Shown: positions 13,601-25,924 of the stretch, in pieces
How positions within the stretch are numbered: position 1 is the first letter of the stretch
Layout: every line of letters begins with the position of its first letter
Assembly (NCBI GenBank): GCA_000165425.1
Contig: CT868252.1
Span: 124,001-188,000 of the forward strand
Direction: 5' to 3'
From: Paramecium tetraurelia
Lineage: Eukaryota
DNA length: 64,000 bases
The notes under the pieces: model-generated
Seen by the model: the letters and a program-made list of their open reading frames with translations, nothing else
Told to the model about the DNA's origin: nothing
The model's database searches: none
Made by a program: the position numbers and the translations under genes

Positions 13601-14124
13601 TTCTTAGATGAATATTGATATAAATGAAATAAAGAAAGTATAGAAGTTTGTTTAGCTTGCAATAAAGAGTTAATCTAAGCATCCTAATGATAAAGTAAGT
13701 AGATTTGAAGAATTGTCATAATAACTATTATTGGAAATAACAGATTTATCTCAACTTTTATCAACATGTGAATCAATATATTCAGATCTATGTATATTTT
13801 ATTGTGAAAATCCAAAAACTCTATAGAGTGATGCATTTTTCTAATCCATCCAATCAGTTTGGAATAATTGCATTAGAGTATTTAAATTTATATTTTAAGT
13901 CCAAACAACAAATAGAAAAGTTATAATAATTAAAGATCAAAGAAGAATAAAGGAATAAATTAGAATAACAGAAGAAACAACAGTAACCAATTGCAAATTA
14001 GGCCAATATGCATGAATCATTGCCAAAAAGAGTGGGGGCATTACAATAGCTGTAATAATCTTTACCAAGTGATGCAGTTAATTAATTAAGAATGATGAAA
14101 TAAAACAAAAATGAAAACAACTGA
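10635..14124 (+). CDS. Formin (N-terminal helical region, poly-Pro FH1, FH2)
   Basis: Starts MGQEQS. Poly-Pro tracts at about 12478-12740. FH2 motifs MKGLSWNILK, LLSGERTKNIELILGKL and LAIGNYVNGDSARGGAFGFKID. TGA at 14122-14124. Confidence 0.92.
12478..12740 (+). repeat. CCN-rich low-complexity tract encoding the formin FH1 poly-proline stretches
   Basis: Repeated CCT/CCA/CCG runs, the most GC-rich segment of the window. Confidence 0.9.
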
Positions 14125-14881
14125 ATATGAGTATTTTTAAATATATTAAGAGTTTAAATTTAATTATAATTAATAAGAATTACTTAAAATTTTGTTTTTT
14201 TTTTTAATTAGAATGATAAGCATTCTTTTTTTAGATCCTAATTAATTTAAGATTATATTAGTCTAATTTAATACAGATATTCTGAATGAAACTATTTGTT
14301 ATCTATATAATAATTATGATTAAATGAAGTTAATCTAAAGATATATGGTTTACAATCTATCAATAAATATTCATTTCAAATAATTTAAATATTCGATTTT
14401 TAGCTTCAAATCAACCTTTCTAAGTTTATTTTACCAATTAAAATCAAAATTTTTAATCCAAAAATTAATTATGATAATAAAATATTTATTAATGCTACAA
14501 TTTTGAAATGATGAATTTAAAAGGTTCATATAAATCTTGTTGAGAATACTTTCTCCTAAAAATGGAAAAATGATATAGAAATATTTATCTTAGGCACTAA
14601 TTTCAAAGTAGGTGATCCTTGAAAAACTTAACTTGACTCCTTTTGGATATCCTTTAAATTTTCTCTTTTTCTTACTTTGACTCTAAAACCAGATTTCTGA
14701 TCTAAATCCTTTTTATAGAGACTATATTCCTTGTTTTTAGGTCCCATAATTTTTATTCCCCTTCACTTTCTCCAACATTTGCAATTAATATTGTTATTTA
14801 TATATTGATTCTAATACTTTTGTGCCAATAGCCACTAAATTCGTTAATCCCTCAATTATTTTAACACTATAAATTCTAAAA

Positions 14882-17800
14882 ATGTTTCCTGATACCTAAT
14901 TAAAGGTCATACTATCCTACAGCTATGGCTTTCATCTGATCCCAAATCACAAGCTTTGTAGTTATTTGCTTTTGTTTATATATGATAGATTGAGATTCTC
15001 TTATATTAGAGATATTGATTATTAATTTATGTTATAAAATTTTAAAGAATATTTTACCATTTATTAAGAACATTTGAGAAACAAAGATTAGTGGAGATTG
15101 CTAATGGTCTTCGTCTCTATCTATTAAATGTGTGATGTTATTATTGTAACAGGAGATGCAGTTAATGAAAAAATTTAAGGCGACAAATTCATAATGATAT
15201 ATAGAATCTTGGTAATATACATTACCATTATAGACCCAAATACTTTTGATTGCGTTCTTCGAAGTACTACTATTGAGATTACTCAAAATAAAAAATGGAT
15301 TGATAAATCTAGTGACATTGCTAAAATTTATATGTGTAGTAATTTGTTGGGAAGAGCTGGATTATTACACAGAGGAACAATTATTTCATAGAATACTGGA
15401 TAAATTCCTAATTCTGATGTTCTTCGTTTTTGCAATAGAATCTTAAGTTTGTTAGACATTGGCCATAATTTTCAATTTGGTTTACACATTGCTTCGAAAC
15501 TTTGAGTTCAATTCTAAAATAAACACAATATTTGGGATAAAGATAATTGTGATTCATGTGATCCTTTAATTCTTTATGATAACAGTCAATAAAAAGAACA
15601 TTAGACCTAATTCAAATTCTTAACTAGTAGCTATGGGATCTAGCAATAAAATGATATATACCCAATTGAATTCTTAGAGATAATCCAATCCGAGTAGAAC
15701 TCTTCATCAATTATATATAGATATACCTGAAAATCGGAATATCTCTCAACTACCACAAGAATAAAAATAAGATGATCAATAAACAGAATCGGTTCAATAA
15801 GATCAAATAAATGAAGCCATACTCTCTTCAGCAGAACTTGGAATCTACCTAGTGGATAATCTAACTCAAAGTGTGTAAGTAATAAACCCACAGTTGTCCA
15901 ATATTATAATGAAAGAAGATCAGCTGAGCACTGAATTTCTCGAGACTGAATTGTACGATTTCGGATTGCTTCTTGAAGAACCTTGTTTATTATTGCCTAA
16001 ATTTCATAGGAGTCATGATATTGGACAGTTCCTAATATTCACTAAAACCTTGGAGTATTGTATAAATTTATATTGTTGAGTTCCATCTATTTTGGAGAAT
16101 AATATCTAGAGTGAACCTTCCCAAATCAAGCGATTGCAACTATTAACCAAAAAAATATCCTTTAAAGCATTCTTCGATAATCTAATTGCTTACAATCATC
16201 TGAAATACTCAAACTATCGTTAACTTATTGACTTTTCCCTCAAAGTATACATCAAATTCGATTCTTGCTATATGCAAGTTGTTCTATCGCCATTAATCTA
16301 TAAACTTAAGCCTTAAATTGCTATCTTCGTTTCTGACATTACAGAAGATCCTTATATCACATAATTACTGAATGCTACTAAAAACAATGATTTTATGATT
16401 AATGATATTTCTCAAAAGATTAAATAACCCTTAAATTGTACAATATCTATGTTAGAAATTATAATGGTATGTCAATCACTTAATATTATATAAGAACACC
16501 ACTCCACATGAAATAAGAGAAAAATATATCAGTCCAGCACTTGCGGGTTGTAAATTATTAATTAATACTGCAAATGACATTCTTGATTACGCTTAGCTCC
16601 AAAAGAAAGATAAATTAGACTTAGTTTAGATGGATGTTCAGATATAAGAATTTGTGACTGATATCATCAATGTAGTAAAATCTTAAGCCATTTTCAGAGG
16701 ATTAAAAATATCCATTAATATTAAACAGAATGTTCCTTAATTTATTAGAACGGATCCAAATAGATTAAGATAAATCTTAATTAATTTATTAGTAACTTCA
16801 ATTTAAGCGACTGTTCGTGGCTCCATTATATTTTGTGTTTCCAAAAGTTAACTGCTAAATGAACATGTAGACTTCATTGTGAAAGTCAAGGCTAATGAAA
16901 CTAATTTCTCAATTCTTAAGATTATTGAGAGAACAGTGAGATTCTTTAAATCATAAACTTTAAAGTCTAAGATATTAGATCTTGGTCATCTTAGACAGTA
17001 TTCATAATCAATTTTGATCTCATTCTATTTAACAAAATGTCTATCCCAAATTCCATTTGAATATAATTATGAGCGTGTTGATAATAAGGAGGAATTTAGT
17101 TTTGTCATTAAAATATAAAATTTATATCCACAATTTAATCAAAATTTGAATTAAAAAAGATTGTCGGAATTCACAAATTAGTAAAGTTTTTATTAATAGT
17201 ATCAAAATAAAGGAGACTTAAAGAGATATTAATCTTAGATGTCAAGTTTACAAGCAGAAGATCTCAATATCAAAGTGGAACTCAAAGAGGCTAAGCAAAA
17301 GCTGAATATCAATATCATCCAAAATTAAGGGCCAGTACCCAAAGATAAATAATAGGAAATTCAAGAACAATCTAATGAATCCGATGAAAGTCTTTCTGAT
17401 TTGCAAGATGACGAAGTATCCATAGAGTCTAAGAATGGGATTTCCTATAGAGTGGAACAAATGCTAAAAATAAAACCATACTTTTTTGATTATGTTAATG
17501 AAACCTAAAAGAAGTATGAAGGATCAAACTCTTAGCCATCCCAACAACTTACATTTGGAGGATTAGGATAAGGCAGATCATCCATTTATTCTTCACTTTG
17601 CTTCACCAGTGGAACCATGCAACCCAATGATTTACTGGATTGTTTTGAAAAAATGGAAAAAATAAAACAACAAAAAAACAAATCCAATTGTGGAGTAATT
17701 TTTATTTTAATAGTTAGTGTACAAAGATATTGATTTGCGAGAGTGTCGATCTTGATCTTTATGCTTTATCACATTAATTGACTAATATTGGAATTACATA

Positions 17801-18218
17801 TGAGTATATTACTCAGAAATCTCAAATAGTGAGCACTCTTGTTAAATTATTAAATAGTGATTTGTAATAGTAGTAAAATAGTAATTAATAAAAGTAGAAT
17901 ATTGATAATCAATAATTAAAGATCACAAATGATAATTAATAGCTGAAGAACAATGAAAATTAACCTTGTTGTAAAGGATTATAACTAATATTCCTTGCTA
18001 TTGAATAATAAGAGGAGGAACTATTTGCTTTGTTTAATTCAATAAAAGATGTCTATGCAGAGTTCAAAGCGGAACCCAGAATTATCGGATTGATTGGTTG
18101 TATGGATGAAGAAAATCGAGCTCAATTAAGAAAGCTTCCCTTCCATGATTATTTGTCAAAACCCATTATGATCGATGCCCTACTCTTTATCTTGGCTAAA
18201 TGGATTAAAATGAATTGA
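14882..18218 (+). CDS. Membrane-anchored hybrid histidine-kinase-like protein (HisKA + HATPase_c + receiver folds), apparently catalytically dead; 5' end uncertain (may begin near 14570)
   Basis: N-terminal transmembrane segments, then ISQKIKQPLNCTISML, LLINTANDILDYAQL and IRTDPNRLRQILINLL, and a C-terminal receiver PRIIGLIG...FHDYLSKPI. Confidence 0.8.
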
Positions 18219-18232
18219 TAATATATTTAAAT

Positions 18233-19018
18233 ATGTTTAATAAATGGTTTAAACCTACAATCCCAATATTGCGAATCAATTCAGGAATTGATCATAATAG
18301 TGCTAAATTGGTTGAGGAATCCTTAAAGCCACTTACTAGAATGAAAGCCCTAGCAGTTGTCGTGAATTCGACTGGAGGTTTGCTTGTATAGGGAGAATTA
18401 ATGAAAAAGAAAATAGAATTATTTGCTAAAACTCATAAAATACCTCTTTACACATTTGCAGAAGATTCTGCATTGTCAGCTGGATATTATTTATTATCAA
18501 TTGGAAATAAGATATTTGTTGATGAAGCATCTATGGTTGGTTCAATTGGAGTGTTGTATTTGAATCTGAGTATTGATAAGCTAACCAGAAAATTAGGCTT
18601 TGAACCCCGAAAGTTTTCTTCAAATAAGTAATTTGATTTTAGACTATATATGTAAATAGAAAGCTTTTCTTAAACATCACAGGGTTAAATGATGAAAGAG
18701 ATGAGGAGATGGAGGGAATAGTAAAGGATTAATTTGGAATAATGAGATAATAATTTTTTGATCATTGTGATAAATATAGACCACAATTATAAAAATAAGA
18801 TGCGGATGTTAAGGATTTAATTTATAATGCCAATATATTTACTGGGATAGAGGCAGTTAAATATGGGTAAATGATTAGTCAATATAATTGATAGATTGGC
18901 TGATGAAATTGGAAATTTTGAGGAAGTGTTGAATCGCTTACATCCTGATTGCTAATTAAGAGACATTACTAGAATACCACTTGCTTAATATTACATAATG
19001 AAGTAATAGTCATAATGA
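18233..19018 (+). CDS. S49 family (SppA/SohB-like) serine peptidase
   Basis: ALAVVVNSTGG, FAEDSALSAGYYLL, ASMVGSIGV, IFTGIEAVKYGLADEIG. Two introns. Confidence 0.9.
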
Positions 19019-19072
19019 GTTTAATAAAAATTTCACTGTGGAACATTTTATAAATCAATTAATTGAGATAAT

Positions 19073-19884
19073 TCAAAAGATATTGCATTCCTCCTTCTGA
19101 TCTGGTTTCTTCTTGCTATTAGGCTACTATCCAATTTGGCTCTATTTAATTGCTTATTAATTCATCAACTCAGGTAAATTGCTACCTCTAAAGATTTATT
19201 CATAATTGGAGAAATCCAACTAAGTAAGAGCTGACTTTTATTCGGCATCTAGCATTGGTAAATTAGCTAAAAATTCATCAATTTATCTTTGTATGTCTTC
19301 TAACTCATCTTTCGATTTTTATGCTTTGTTGATAGTCTCCTACAATTTCACCTGTTTGATGTCGATACTCTGAGTTTTTTCGATGTTTGATTATTTAAGT
19401 TCGATTTTCTAAGTTTCAATTTCTTGAAGTTGTAATATTATTGAATTCTTTTGATATGTAGCTTCTATGATATCCTCATCAAGCTTTTAAATCTTCTGTT
19501 CAGAGGTAACTTCACCTGGATTGGAATGAAGTAAATTCTTAAATGAATATAGTTATTATCTTTTATTCGCTAATTCAACATTCGCAGATTCTAAAGATAT
19601 GGCGAGCTCCTCCCTTTACTTTTTGGCACTTAGAATTAGAATACGCTCAAGGAATATACGTTCACAGTATTCACATACGGGATGAAGAACTTCATCGTTT
19701 AGTTTTCTTCTCTTAACCAAGCAATTAGAACAGGTGGATTTTCCACAAAAATCACTAATCTTAGAACCAAACTTTACCAATGATTTGGACGTTCAAGTTC
19801 ATCATCGCAAATGTGGCATACTAATTAATTTTCAAATTCAACTGCTATCTTAGGTTCAGGATAAACAATCTATTCACTCAACAT
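19073..19884 (-). CDS. FYVE-like zinc finger + coiled-coil protein with C-terminal CaaX
   Basis: CHICDDE..RPNHCDFCGKSTCSNC..PVCEYC after one intron, then a coiled coil. Ends KEECNIF*. Confidence 0.75.
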
Positions 19885-19918
19885 TATATATATAATTTTC
19901 CTGGCTTATTAAAATTAA

Positions 19919-20437
19919 ATGATCAACTCAAGTTTATTCAGCAAACCTAAATAGAGATAAATCTATTTAATTTACGCTTCCCGTAATCATACTCAACCGA
20001 AATCCACTCCACGCACTCATCTTAAATTACCTAACTGCTCTCCTAGAATTAATGAAAATAAATCGAAAAAAACCAATAGCTTTTATATTCATAAAATGCA
20101 GAGATCATAATAACAGAGTCCTGTTGTTAGATAACCAATTCGAAACAGAGATTCAAGTGAAAGCTTCATGAGGGATTTAGAATTATCTGGCAATGAAGAT
20201 TTGAAAGACATCAACAAGAGTCTGTTATTGACTTCACAAGAGATCAATAAGAAAATGCAATTTAATATCGAATCATACTTAAATAATACTCTGAAATCAA
20301 AAAGAATCAATCAAAACCTTAATAATATGATTGATTTTGATTTGAACCAAGATAATAATTCAATTAACTCCTTTGAGTTCTCAAGAAGTCGCAGAGAAAC
20401 TCCTCTTCAACCAATTAGAGTTTATTATAAAAAGTGA
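19919..20437 (+). CDS. Hypothetical low-complexity protein (about 172 aa)
   Basis: Intronless code-6 ORF MINSSLFSKPK...RRETPLQPIRVYYKK*. Confidence 0.65.
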
Positions 20438-20460
20438 TGATATTTTGTGTAATATATTAC

Positions 20461-22869
20461 TCATAGCTTCATAAATTATTCATATTCTAAGAATAACGGG
20501 GAAGTATCATAAGAAAGGTTTGCTGTTTGCCTAGATTCAAACTAAAGTTTCTATAATTAAGTTGCATTTTGAATCATTAAACTTGTGAGAGGATCCTCCT
20601 TGAAATAATTTAATTATTGAATTAAAGCATTAAATATTTTTTCCAAAGCAATTTAAGAGTATTAATCTTACTATGTCTACATTTAACTTTGAATATTTTC
20701 TATATCCTTTAATAATTAATGGATCTACTTATTTATAAATTTATTTTTATTATATTTGCTATTATTTTGCTAATTCTATAATTCTATTTGCTTGATATCA
20801 TTTCTATCCTATTAAATTGATTTATGAATAAATATCGGTCCAACATTTTCACAGGACACCTTGTTCTCCTTCTTAATACTCGGTCGTTTCGGAGGCTACG
20901 ACTACTGTCTCTTTAAATTCGGTAATATTTGAAAATTCTTGAGTCCAATTCTGTTTGTGCCTTCTTCATCGGATTCAATTAAATCAAAACTGTTTTTCTT
21001 CGAAATCTCAATAGTTTATTCCTTTTATTTCATCTTATCTTTTTCTTCCTTCTTGATAGGCTAGACAATAGATGAGCTATATGGGTCTTTATGTTATTTA
21101 AAAATATGATTCCTTATAAAGATGAGTTCTAAAACTGAAATTAGTTTGCTTAAGGTATAATTCTTTTGGATAATATCAAACGGTCTTTTTTGTTCTTCAT
21201 TATATGTAAACAGCAAGTAAGGATTGATAGAGTAAAGCTATAAAATTATTTTAATATTTTCACTCTTGGCAGCAAAATGCATCACTTAATAGTTTTAATA
21301 TTAATACCTGAATTGCCTTTGTGACCCAGCAATTTGAATGAAAAAACATCTCGTTAGTATTATTCATTTATTGATATTGCAAAACGCAATGCAGAATAGG
21401 ATGACTTTTTGATAGCCAAATGCAAAGGCGTGTTATTATTGATATTCCTTTGATTAGAGTCAACACCTCTTTCGATCAACAAGTGCCCAATTTTTGTGGC
21501 TTCTTATAGATTCTTTTTAAAAGATGGAATCAAATTATGCATAGGACCATTACCTTTTTTATCTTACTTGTTAATTTAAACTTTGGCATTTAAAATGTCT
21601 CTGATTAAGTAGTATTACATTTTACTCACAGCTTAGTTAAGAACACTGTTGTATTCTCCTCTTTTAAAATAAATCACATGTATTACCCTCCTATATTTAG
21701 ATTTGTAGATGCATTTATTATTATTTTGGCACAATGGTATTTTTCTTCTTTGATCGCTAATGAAAGGGGAGTGTGAGAAGCATCATCCAATTAAGAGGAT
21801 AGTTCGAATCTTATATTGAGAAGGGCTCTCACAACCCCTATGTCTTCATTCTCAACTGCAATATGCATTAGATTCGACCCATTGTCAGAGACATCAGCAT
21901 CCTAACCTAGGGTTTTGGTCTAGATGAATTGGCAACTGCTTGACAATTCTTAGAGAGTTAATTCAGTATTTCTTTAAGTTGCTCTAGTAATGTTGGATTA
22001 TTTTGGGATTTGAACAGTGATTGAATCTTGAATTTGATCATCATGATATTTTTGATTGTATATCAAGTAATCGTGGCAAATGATAAATTCATTATCTTTG
22101 AGGAGTTGATTTATTTAATCCCAAAATCTTTAGAGATCATCTGCTATCATCATGTCTTTCTCTAAAATTATAATATGAATGTTTATTACTGGATGAATAA
22201 TAGATTTGATTAGTGTACTTAATCCAATCTAAACCAAGTCCTTTGAGTTACTTCTCTAAATTCAATATTGCTTTAGGTATCTTTGTGAAATCATTGCTTC
22301 TTAAATCAACAATTTTAAGTTGTTCCATTTGAAATAATTCATCTGGTAAAATACGTATATGATTTTTGCCAACATCCAATCTCTCTAATGAAGTTTTCCA
22401 CTTCTCCCCCAATTTGAGACTCTTTAATAGGTTATTATTGAGATTGATGTGTGATAGAGATAATTCAAATATACAATTTGGAACTTCCTGAAATAGATTA
22501 TTGGCTAAATTGATAATCGATAAACGAATGTATTGTTATATTCCTTCATGTAAAGAAGTCATTTTGGAATTTGAAAGATCCAGCACTCTTACATTATGAT
22601 CATAACTATTAATTAGATTCAAATTCTGCATTTTGACAATATACTTCGTCTATTGTTTTTTCATCTAAGACATTTATCTATCTAAAACTGAATGCTTTAT
22701 ACGTTTAATTTTCTTTTTGGCTTGTTTCATCAAAATCAAAGACTCCCCTTTACTTTTCTTTAATGGAATACTCATCTTTAAGGTTCATGTCCTTCCTTCT
22801 CTTAAACTATATCTGATCCTGCTCATATTGATGACAGGTATTTTCATATGATTATAATGTATTACTCAT
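20461..22869 (-). CDS. Leucine-rich-repeat + ankyrin-repeat protein
   Basis: LRRs (LDLSNSKMTSL, INLANNLFQEVP, INLNNNLLKSL, LDVGKNHIRILP) followed by ankyrin repeats (GSNLMHIAV, HTPLSLAI, NTPLHLAI). Several tiny introns. Confidence 0.85.
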
Positions 22870-23776
22870 AACTGATCGATATATTTTAATTATTGATTTT
22901 ATCAATTACATAACCCAAATACAAAATACTTATCAAAATGTAATTATAGGAACATACTTGAATCAAATATTCATAAATACGCCCTCTTTATTAGAAAATA
23001 GCCAAATATAAATATATACTACATTATTATCATTTTATTATAAAAATAATAAATCATAAATTACATTATATATATCTCTGATTATTTATATAAAAATAAT
23101 AATAACACACATAACTTCTCATAATAAGAAGGGAAATAGGTTTGTGAATTGCTGAAAACAATTAATATCGTTTGTTTATTGAAGAATGAAATTTTAGTTT
23201 ATTTAGAGTATAAGATGACCAATTTAAAGAAGAATTCTATTTTAAAGGAGTAGGTTGATGTGAATCAGTTACTATTCACGTAGTTTGAATCATAAATTCG
23301 AATTATTTTGCTCATCTCTTTTTTCAATACAAATGTTACAATCAGAAAACCATTATTGATGTTATGTATTAAAAGCAATTACATTAATTTAATTATATCA
23401 AGTTAAGTAGCTTGGTATAAAGATTTCGGTAGCAATAGAACTTGATGGGTTCCTGAGTCAAATAAAGTATTACAAATTACACCTTTTAAATTATAAGGCA
23501 ATTAATTTTAAGTGTATTAGTTATTAACCTTCGAAAAGTGATTCACAATCTAATGTTTACTCATCATAGCAGTAGTTTTGGAAACTTGGATGCAAATAAG
23601 AAATTTGATTTATTCATAAAGCAAATACTTGAGTGAATTAGAATCTTAGAACAATGAAACTAAAAGTGTGTTTGCATGATTAAGGATGTAGATTTAAGCT
23701 ATTTGGAGAGATTTTGATTTTGAGTAAAGAATAAATAATTCATAGATTATATTATTATTATTATATTAATTCAATT

Positions 23777-23820
23777 CACACGTGTGTTTGGAATTAAATA
23801 AATGTAAAAAATAACCACGT
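23777..23820. promoter_or_regulatory. Candidate ACGT-core cis-elements upstream of Sec61-alpha (CACACGTGTG palindrome; CCACGT)
   Basis: A perfect 10-bp palindrome at 23777-23786 and CCACGT at 23815-23820, within about 60 bp of the ATG in an otherwise AT-rich promoter. Function is inferred only. Confidence 0.3.
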
Positions 23821-23838
23821 TAAATAACAATAATAAAA

Positions 23839-25362
23839 ATGACAAATAAAACCAAGATCCTCAATTATATGAGACCAGCCATGGCCATCATCCCAGATGT
23901 GGCTGAGCCTGAAAGAAGAGTACCAATATTAAATTGATTTTAGATCTTATTTAAATACAGAGCATTATGGACAGCCATTGCAACTTTGCTATATCTGATT
24001 TGCTCCCAAATTCCACTCTATGGTATATACAAATCTTCTGCTGGTGATCCATTCTATTGGATGAGAGTCATATTAGCATCTAATAGAGGTACTTTGATGG
24101 AATTAGGTATCTCACCTATGGTCACTGCCTCAATGATTATGTAACTCTTGGCAGGTGCCAAATTGATTGATGTTGATTAAAACGTAAAGGAAGACAAATA
24201 ACTGTATTCAGGAGCACAAAAATGTAATAAACTCTGTCTATGTTAGTGTTGGGAATCCTCATTGCTTTTGGAGAAGCCTTTGCTTATGTTTGGTCAGGAA
24301 TGTATGGAGATTTAGACAAATTGGGAGCAGGAAATGCTATCCTCATCATAATCCAATTAGTCTTCTCAGCAATCGTAATGATCATGATCGATGAATTACT
24401 CTCTAAAGGATATGGAATTGGAAATTCAGGAACTTCCTTGTTCATTGCTATTAATATCTGTGAAAACATCATGTGGAAAGCATTCTCCCCCATCACTCAT
24501 AAAACCCAACTTGGACTTGAATATGAAGGAGCTGTCATTGCCCTATTGCATGGACTCTTTATTCAAAGCGACAAAATTGGTGCCATCCAATCAGCCATTT
24601 TAAGAGACTCTTTACCTAATCTTACTAATTTATTGGCTACAGTCCTTGTATTTTTGATCGTCATTTACTTCCAAGGATTCAAAGTTGATATTCCCATCAA
24701 AAATAATAAAGTCAGAGGAGGATTAACTTCATACCCCATTAAGTTGTTTTATACTTCAAATATCCCAATCATTTTGTAGACTGCACTTGTATCAAATCTT
24801 TATTTCCTTTCTTAAATCCTATATAGAAACTTCAAAGGAAACTTCTTAATTCGTTTATTAGGATATTGGTAAGAATTAGAAAATGGACAAACAGTCCCAG
24901 TTGGTGGTTTAGTCTACTATGTATCACCACCAAGATCTATTTCAGAAGCTATTTTTGATCCAATTCATACTATTTTATATACTGCTTTCATTCTTGGAAC
25001 TTGTGCAGTCTTCTCCAAAACTTGGATTGACGTCTCTGGATCATCACCAAAAGATGTAATTATCTATCACAATAATTAGGTTGCTAAATAATTGAAAGAA
25101 TAAGACATGTAGATTGTTGGATATAGAGACTCATCAATGAAGGAAGTCTTAAAGAGATACATTCCAATTGCTGCTTCTTTTGGTGGCATGTGCATTGGAG
25201 CTCTTACTATCATGGCTGATTTTCTTGGGGCTATTGGATCAGGTATTTTATTCTGTCTATATTTTAATAGGAACTGGTATTTTGCTCTCGGTCACTATCA
25301 TTTATGGCTATTTTGAAACGTTGAAAAAGGAAAAAGAATAAGGTACATTAGAGTTGTTTTGA
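23839..25362 (+). CDS. SEC61A: Protein transport protein Sec61 subunit alpha
   Basis: [92 protein letters not shown]. Four tiny introns. Confidence 0.98.
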
Positions 25363-25924
25363 TATTATAAATTATTGTTTTAAGTGCACCGCAATTTATA
25401 TACAAAACATCATAAATTAGAAATTAATTAAAAAACTTTCTGAAGACTCTCGCATTCAAATTTTAGCAAACATTTTTAGTTTTTAAATCTTAACATTTTT
25501 AATCTCCATGCTAATGGTTAATTTATTGTGCAAGTTCTCTTATACATTGAGTATTACACCAAATCATAGGTTTAATTCTAACTACTTTACTTTCATACAA
25601 AAATATCATTGATATGGATGATATGGACTGTTTTAATTTAACTAAAGTTAAACATTCATTAAAATCTTTTTTAATAAATTTTCCTTTTATTTTGCTATTC
25701 ATCATTTTTATATTAAATAATACCTTCAATTAAGCAATTTGATTTTTCATCAGCTTTACACATCATTCAATTAATTAACTAACTGAACACTTTGTTAAAT
25801 ATAATTATTTTTTTTAATTAAGAGAAATACTACTTTCCTACTTTTAATTTGTGAATGTTCTATACCAAAATTAAGATCTAATGTGAGGTGAGAATAAAAA
25901 CTTTCTTTATTATAAATTATTAAA

